Shown here in pieces: positions 59,813-64,000 of a stretch of DNA of 64,000 nt. The DNA is from a plasmid, in sequence record NZ_CP029448.1; one strand, given 5' to 3'. Every line of letters begins with the position of its first letter. The stretch's first letter is position 1. The position numbers and the translations under genes are program-made. The notes under the pieces were generated by a model that was not told where the DNA came from, did no database searches, and saw only the letters and a list, made by a program, of their open reading frames with translations.

Positions 59813-59881
59813 GTCTTCGTTCATTTTGAGTATGTCCGTAAGGACATACAGTTTCACCTCTTAGCCAAGAAGGATTACCGG

Positions 59882-62800
59882 GTGGATAAGCACTACCAAC
59901 CTAAATTCCAGGAAGAATACAGCGCCAAAATTCCGGCACTGACGTTACTGACCAGCCTCGGCTGGACGTTTTTATCTCCGAAACAGATTATGGATTACCG
60001 GGGCTATAAACAGGATGAGGTGGTGCTGCGTCCGGTTCTGCGTGAAGAGCTGTCGAAGCGTTCCTTTATGGCGGGTGGCAAAACCTGCCAGTTATCGGAA
60101 AAAGCACTGGCTAACCTGATATCACAGGTCTGTTCTCCGGCGCTGAATGAAGGGCTGCTCAAAGCCAATGAACGGATGTATAACCATCTGCTCTACGGTA
60201 TCGCCGTCACGGAGTTTGTCGATGGCAAGAAGGTCAACCCCACCATTGCGCTGATCGACTGGGAACATCCGGAAAATAACCAGTTCCATTTTACTGAAGA
60301 ATTTACGGTATTGCGGTCAGGTGGTGTTGAAACCCGGAGGCCAGATATTGTCTGCTTTGTTAATGGTATCCCGCTGGCTGTTATTGAAGCGAAAAGCCCG
60401 GCTGGTCATGGCAAGAAAGGGCCAACCATTGACGAGGGGATATCCCAGAGTATCCGCAACCAGTTCAACGATGAAATCCCGCAGCTGTTTGTCTACAGCC
60501 AGTTATTACTTTCGATTAACGGTCATGACGGGCGCTACGGTACCTGCCATACGCCAATGAAATTCTGGGCGGCATGGCGCGAAGAAGATATTACCGATCC
60601 GCAGATGTATGCGCTGCGCAACCATCCTTTATCGACTGAACAAATTCATGCGTTGTTTGATCATCGTCCTTCAGTCGATCTCAAATGGTATCAACAGTTA
60701 ATCGATGGGGGGGAACTGGCAGTCAGCGGGCAGGATAAGCTGCTCATCAGTCTGCTTTCACCGGAACGTCTGCTGGAGATGACCCGCTTCTTCACCCTGT
60801 TTGATAAAAAAACCGGAAAAATTGTTGCCCGCTATCAGCAGGTGTTCGGGATAAAAAGACTGCTGGAACGCATCAGTACCCGCAGACCAGACGGGGGCAG
60901 GGAAGGTGGGGTGATCTGGCATACCACGGGGTCAGGTAAATCTTACACCATGGTATTCCTCAGCAAGGCGCTGATTCTTCATGACAGCCTGAAGCAGTGT
61001 CGTATTGTGGTGGTGACGGACCGCGTGGACCTTGAAGGGCAGCTCAGCGGCACTTTTGTTTCTGGTGGCGAACTGGCAGGGAAGGATGATAAGGCCAAAG
61101 CGATGGCGACCTCAGGTCAGAAGCTGGCACAGCAGATTGGCTCTGGTAAAGAACGTATAATCTTTACCCTTATCCAGAAATTTAACTCAGCGACAAAATT
61201 GCCTGAATGCGTCAACACCAGCCCCGACATCATCGTTCTGATTGATGAAGGACACCGTAGCCAGGGTGGTGAGAACCATGTGCGAATGAAACTGGCACTG
61301 CCGAACGCCGCCTTTGTAGCATTTACTGGTACGCCATTGCTAAAAGAAGATAAGACCACCAATAAATTCGGACCGATTGTCCACGCTTATACCATGCAGC
61401 GAGCGGTAGAAGATAAAGCCGTTACACCTTTGCTGTATGAAGAACGTATTCCCGACCTTGAGGTTAACGATCGGGCAATAGATGCCTGGTTTGATCGTAT
61501 TACCGATGGGTTAAGCGAAGCGCAAAAAGCCGACCTTAAGCGTAAATATGCCCGTAAAGGTGAGGTTTATAGTGCAGATGATCGCATCCGTCTGATCGCA
61601 CTCGATATCGCCACGCACTTCTCGAAGAATATTGATGAGGGACTGAAAGGCCAGCTTGCCTGCGACAGCAAGATTTCCGCCATCAAATATAAAAAGTATC
61701 TTGATGAAGCCGGGTTGTTTGAGTCAGCTGTAGTTATCAGCCCGCCGGATACCCGGGAAGGGAATACTGAGGTGGATGAAAGCAAACTGCCGGAAGTGAC
61801 GAAATGGTGGAAAGATAACGTCGGCACGCAGGATGAGTCTGTGTATACCCGCAATATCATCAGTCGTTTCGATACCGATGAGAAGCTCAAATTGCTGATA
61901 GTCGTTGATAAACTGCTCACCGGGTTTGATGAGCCGAAGAATACCGTGCTGTATATCGACAAGCCGCTTAAGTCCCACAACCTTATCCAGGCGATTGCGC
62001 GGGTGAACCGACTGCATCCACTAAAAAAGTTCGGTCTGCTGATTGATTATCGCGGTATTCTGGCTGAGCTGGACACGACTATCGGCAAATATCAGGACCT
62101 CGCCTCCCGAACTCAGGGCGGATACGATATCAAAGATATTGACGGGCTGTACAGCGCCATGAGCTCTGAATACAAGCGTCTACCGCATCTGTATAACCAG
62201 CTGTGGGCCATATTTGCCGGTGTTAAAAACAAAAATGATACTGAGCAGTTACGTGCGGTACTGGTGCCTAAAATGGAAGAACGTGACGGAGAGATGGTCG
62301 ATATCCATCAGAAAACCCGTGATGATTTCTTCGAGGCGTTAACGGCCTTTGCCGGATGCCTGAAAGTGGCACTGCAGTCCGCCACCTTCTTCACCGACAA
62401 GAGCTTTACGGAACAAGACCGAAACCTCTATAAAGAAACCGTAAAACAGATGTCCAGCCTGCGCCAGTGGGCGATGCAGGTAAGTGGAGAGCAGGTCAAT
62501 TATGACGACTACGCTGAGCAGGTGAAAAAATTGCTGGATAAGCATGTCACCGGCGTTGAGGTTCGTGAACCGGATGGCGTGTATGAAGTCGGTAAAATGG
62601 GCAAGAGCGAAAAACCCGAAGAGTGGGATAACAATAAAACCCGCAATGAAACCGACATCATTAAAACCCGCGTGACGAAGATGATTGAGCAGGAATTGCG
62701 TGATGACCCGTATGCTCAGGAGGCATTTTCAAAACTCCTGCGTATGGCTATCGAAGAGGCTGAAAAACTGTTTGACCATCCGCTGAAACAGTACCTTTTG

Positions 62801-63166
62801 TTCCGTGAATTTGAAGAACAGGTTGAAGCCCGTAAGCTCAGCGATATCCCGGATGCACTGGCGGTAAACAAGCATGCTCAGGCGTATTACGGTGTATTTA
62901 AAAAAGAGCTACCTGAGGTTTTTGCGGTAAACGACGTTCAGGTGCAGGATAAGTGGACGAAGCTGGCTTTTGAAGTGGACAACATTATCGTCAAAGCGGT
63001 GGCAGAAAACTCCCTGAACCCCCAGGACATTGAGAAAGTCGTTAAGACAAGTCTGCTACCACTGCTGTTTACGGCCTGCCGGGAAATTGGTGCCGGAATG
63101 AATCAGGTTAACCGTATTGTTGAAACCATCATCCAGATACTGCGCGTTGGTTTGATGAAATCATGA
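59882..63166 (+). CDS. hsdR: Type I R-M restriction subunit HsdR
   Basis: 1094 aa. Helicase motifs TTGSGKSYTM and DEGHRSQ. GTG start with SD aagaagga. Confidence 0.9.
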   Translation: MDKHYQPKFQEEYSAKIPALTLLTSLGWTFLSPKQIMDYRGYKQDEVVLRPVLREELSKRSFMAGGKTCQLSEKALANLISQVCSPALNEGLLKANERMYNHLLYGIAVTEFVDGKKVNPTIALIDWEHPENNQFHFTEEFTVLRSGGVETRRPDIVCFVNGIPLAVIEAKSPAGHGKKGPTIDEGISQSIRNQFNDEIPQLFVYSQLLLSINGHDGRYGTCHTPMKFWAAWREEDITDPQMYALRNHPLSTEQIHALFDHRPSVDLKWYQQLIDGGELAVSGQDKLLISLLSPERLLEMTRFFTLFDKKTGKIVARYQQVFGIKRLLERISTRRPDGGREGGVIWHTTGSGKSYTMVFLSKALILHDSLKQCRIVVVTDRVDLEGQLSGTFVSGGELAGKDDKAKAMATSGQKLAQQIGSGKERIIFTLIQKFNSATKLPECVNTSPDIIVLIDEGHRSQGGENHVRMKLALPNAAFVAFTGTPLLKEDKTTNKFGPIVHAYTMQRAVEDKAVTPLLYEERIPDLEVNDRAIDAWFDRITDGLSEAQKADLKRKYARKGEVYSADDRIRLIALDIATHFSKNIDEGLKGQLACDSKISAIKYKKYLDEAGLFESAVVISPPDTREGNTEVDESKLPEVTKWWKDNVGTQDESVYTRNIISRFDTDEKLKLLIVVDKLLTGFDEPKNTVLYIDKPLKSHNLIQAIARVNRLHPLKKFGLLIDYRGILAELDTTIGKYQDLASRTQGGYDIKDIDGLYSAMSSEYKRLPHLYNQLWAIFAGVKNKNDTEQLRAVLVPKMEERDGEMVDIHQKTRDDFFEALTAFAGCLKVALQSATFFTDKSFTEQDRNLYKETVKQMSSLRQWAMQVSGEQVNYDDYAEQVKKLLDKHVTGVEVREPDGVYEVGKMGKSEKPEEWDNNKTRNETDIIKTRVTKMIEQELRDDPYAQEAFSKLLRMAIEEAEKLFDHPLKQYLLFREFEEQVEARKLSDIPDALAVNKHAQAYYGVFKKELPEVFAVNDVQVQDKWTKLAFEVDNIIVKAVAENSLNPQDIEKVVKTSLLPLLFTACREIGAGMNQVNRIVETIIQILRVGLMKS

Positions 63167-63918
63167 GTGAAAAAGAATCGCCATCAATGAAAGCGTTACG
63201 CATTGTCTATGGTGATGAGGTCATCGTCGTACAGTGTGTTCCGCGTCAGGTCGTAAAGGGCAGGGTGCTCATCAAGGTGCATCCGGACTGCCGGGTTATT
63301 GTCTCTGTACCTCCAGAAACACCGGAGCACGAGCTGTTGTCTGCGCTGAAAAAAAGAGGGCGCTGGATATACCAGCAACTGCGTGATTTCAGGGAGCAAC
63401 AGACACACATTGTTCCGCGTCAGTATGTCAGCGGAGAAAGCCATTATTATCTCGGTAAGCAATATCAGTTGAAAGTGACAGAAGACGCTACTGTGCCGCA
63501 ACGAGTGAAAATGTTGCGTGGGCGTCTGGAAGTGACTGTCAGACACAAATCGGCAGAAAAGATTAAAGCCTTGCTGGCTGAATGGTATCGGGAACGTGCC
63601 AGAGATGTTTTTCAGCGCAGGCTTGATTTACTGATTCCGCAGACCCTTTGGGTCAGTGAGCGTCCTCCGATACGTCTGCGGGCGATGCAAACTCAATGGG
63701 GCAACTGTTCAGCAAAAGGCTGTCTGACCCTGAATCCATGGCTGGTTAAGGCATCCTCAGAATGTATCGATTATGTTTTGCTACATGAGTTATGCCATGT
63801 GGCTGAGCACAACCACAGCGAGAAGTTTTACCGTCTGATGGGGCAGGTTATGCCGGGCTGGGAAAAGGTTAAGAAGCGACTGGATGGTATGGCTGGGATG
63901 TTGTTGGCAGATATGTAG
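63163..63918 (+). CDS. DUF45/YgjP-like zinc metallopeptidase (HExxH) commonly linked to hsdR
   Basis: ..LLHELCHVAEHNHSEKFY..; overlaps the hsdR stop. Confidence 0.75.
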   Translation: MSEKESPSMKALRIVYGDEVIVVQCVPRQVVKGRVLIKVHPDCRVIVSVPPETPEHELLSALKKRGRWIYQQLRDFREQQTHIVPRQYVSGESHYYLGKQYQLKVTEDATVPQRVKMLRGRLEVTVRHKSAEKIKALLAEWYRERARDVFQRRLDLLIPQTLWVSERPPIRLRAMQTQWGNCSAKGCLTLNPWLVKASSECIDYVLLHELCHVAEHNHSEKFYRLMGQVMPGWEKVKKRLDGMAGMLLADM

Positions 63919-63940
63919 TTTCTAACTTATTCCAATGGGC

Positions 63941-64000
63941 TCATTTGTCGGTGATGCTGCCAACTTACTGATTTAGTGTATGATGGTGTTTTTGAGGTGC
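63941..64000 (+). mobile_element. start of IS1 copy 3 (left IR and insA upstream region), same orientation as copy 2; continues beyond the window
   Basis: ggtgatgctgccaacttactgatttagtgtatgatggtgtttttgaggtgc. Confidence 0.85.

Noticed and set aside
1-64000. CRISPR arrays, tRNA or rRNA genes, integron attC/attI sites
   Set aside because: No regularly spaced repeat-spacer arrays and no tRNA-like cloverleaf candidates were seen. Repeats found are IS termini, Tn3-type IRs or operator-like sites.

Overview
The window is an F-like (MOBF12/MPFF) conjugative plasmid segment. Positions 1-34.9 kb hold a nearly complete, colinear F-type transfer region: leading-region ORF, gene X lytic transglycosylase, oriT, traM, traJ, traY, traA, traL, traE, traK, traB, traV, traC, trbI, traW, traU, trbC, traN, traF, traQ, trbB, traH, traG, traS, traD, traI, traX, finO. 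It departs from the F order in three ways: traT and traR are absent, a pair of paralogous small ORFs sits between traV and traC, and an AT-rich four-gene cargo sits between traN and traF. Downstream of finO lies a DsbA-like oxidoreductase and then a dense mobile-element mosaic from 34.9 to 54.3 kb. The mosaic contains: (1) a 6.1-kb non-autonomous Tn3-family derivative bounded by 38-bp IRs, carrying an IS110-family IS, a cytochrome b561-like gene, a CDF efflux gene and a 5'-truncated tnpA; (2) remnants of IS66 and IS30; (3) a partial IS1, a fragment of the same IS110-family element, and an IS2; (4) a divergent pair of a secreted protein and a membrane AraC-type regulator; (5) IS26; (6) a HigB/HigA-like toxin-antitoxin pair beside a Tn3-type IR fragment; (7) an intact IS-like Tn3-family element (996-aa TnpA, 38-bp IRs) inserted into a second, diverged trbB copy. 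The last ~10 kb carry a Type I restriction-modification locus (hsdM-hsdS-...-hsdR-DUF45 metallopeptidase) flanked by directly oriented IS1 copies. Two unrelated genes sit between hsdS and hsdR where EcoprrI carries prrC: a YecA-like UPF0149/SEC-C protein and a 594-aa protein with an N-terminal cold-shock (OB-fold) domain and a C-terminal Cys-rich region. This pair is the best candidate for an undescribed R-M-embedded defence/abortive module. All calls come from reading the sequence and recalling protein families; no database searches were run.
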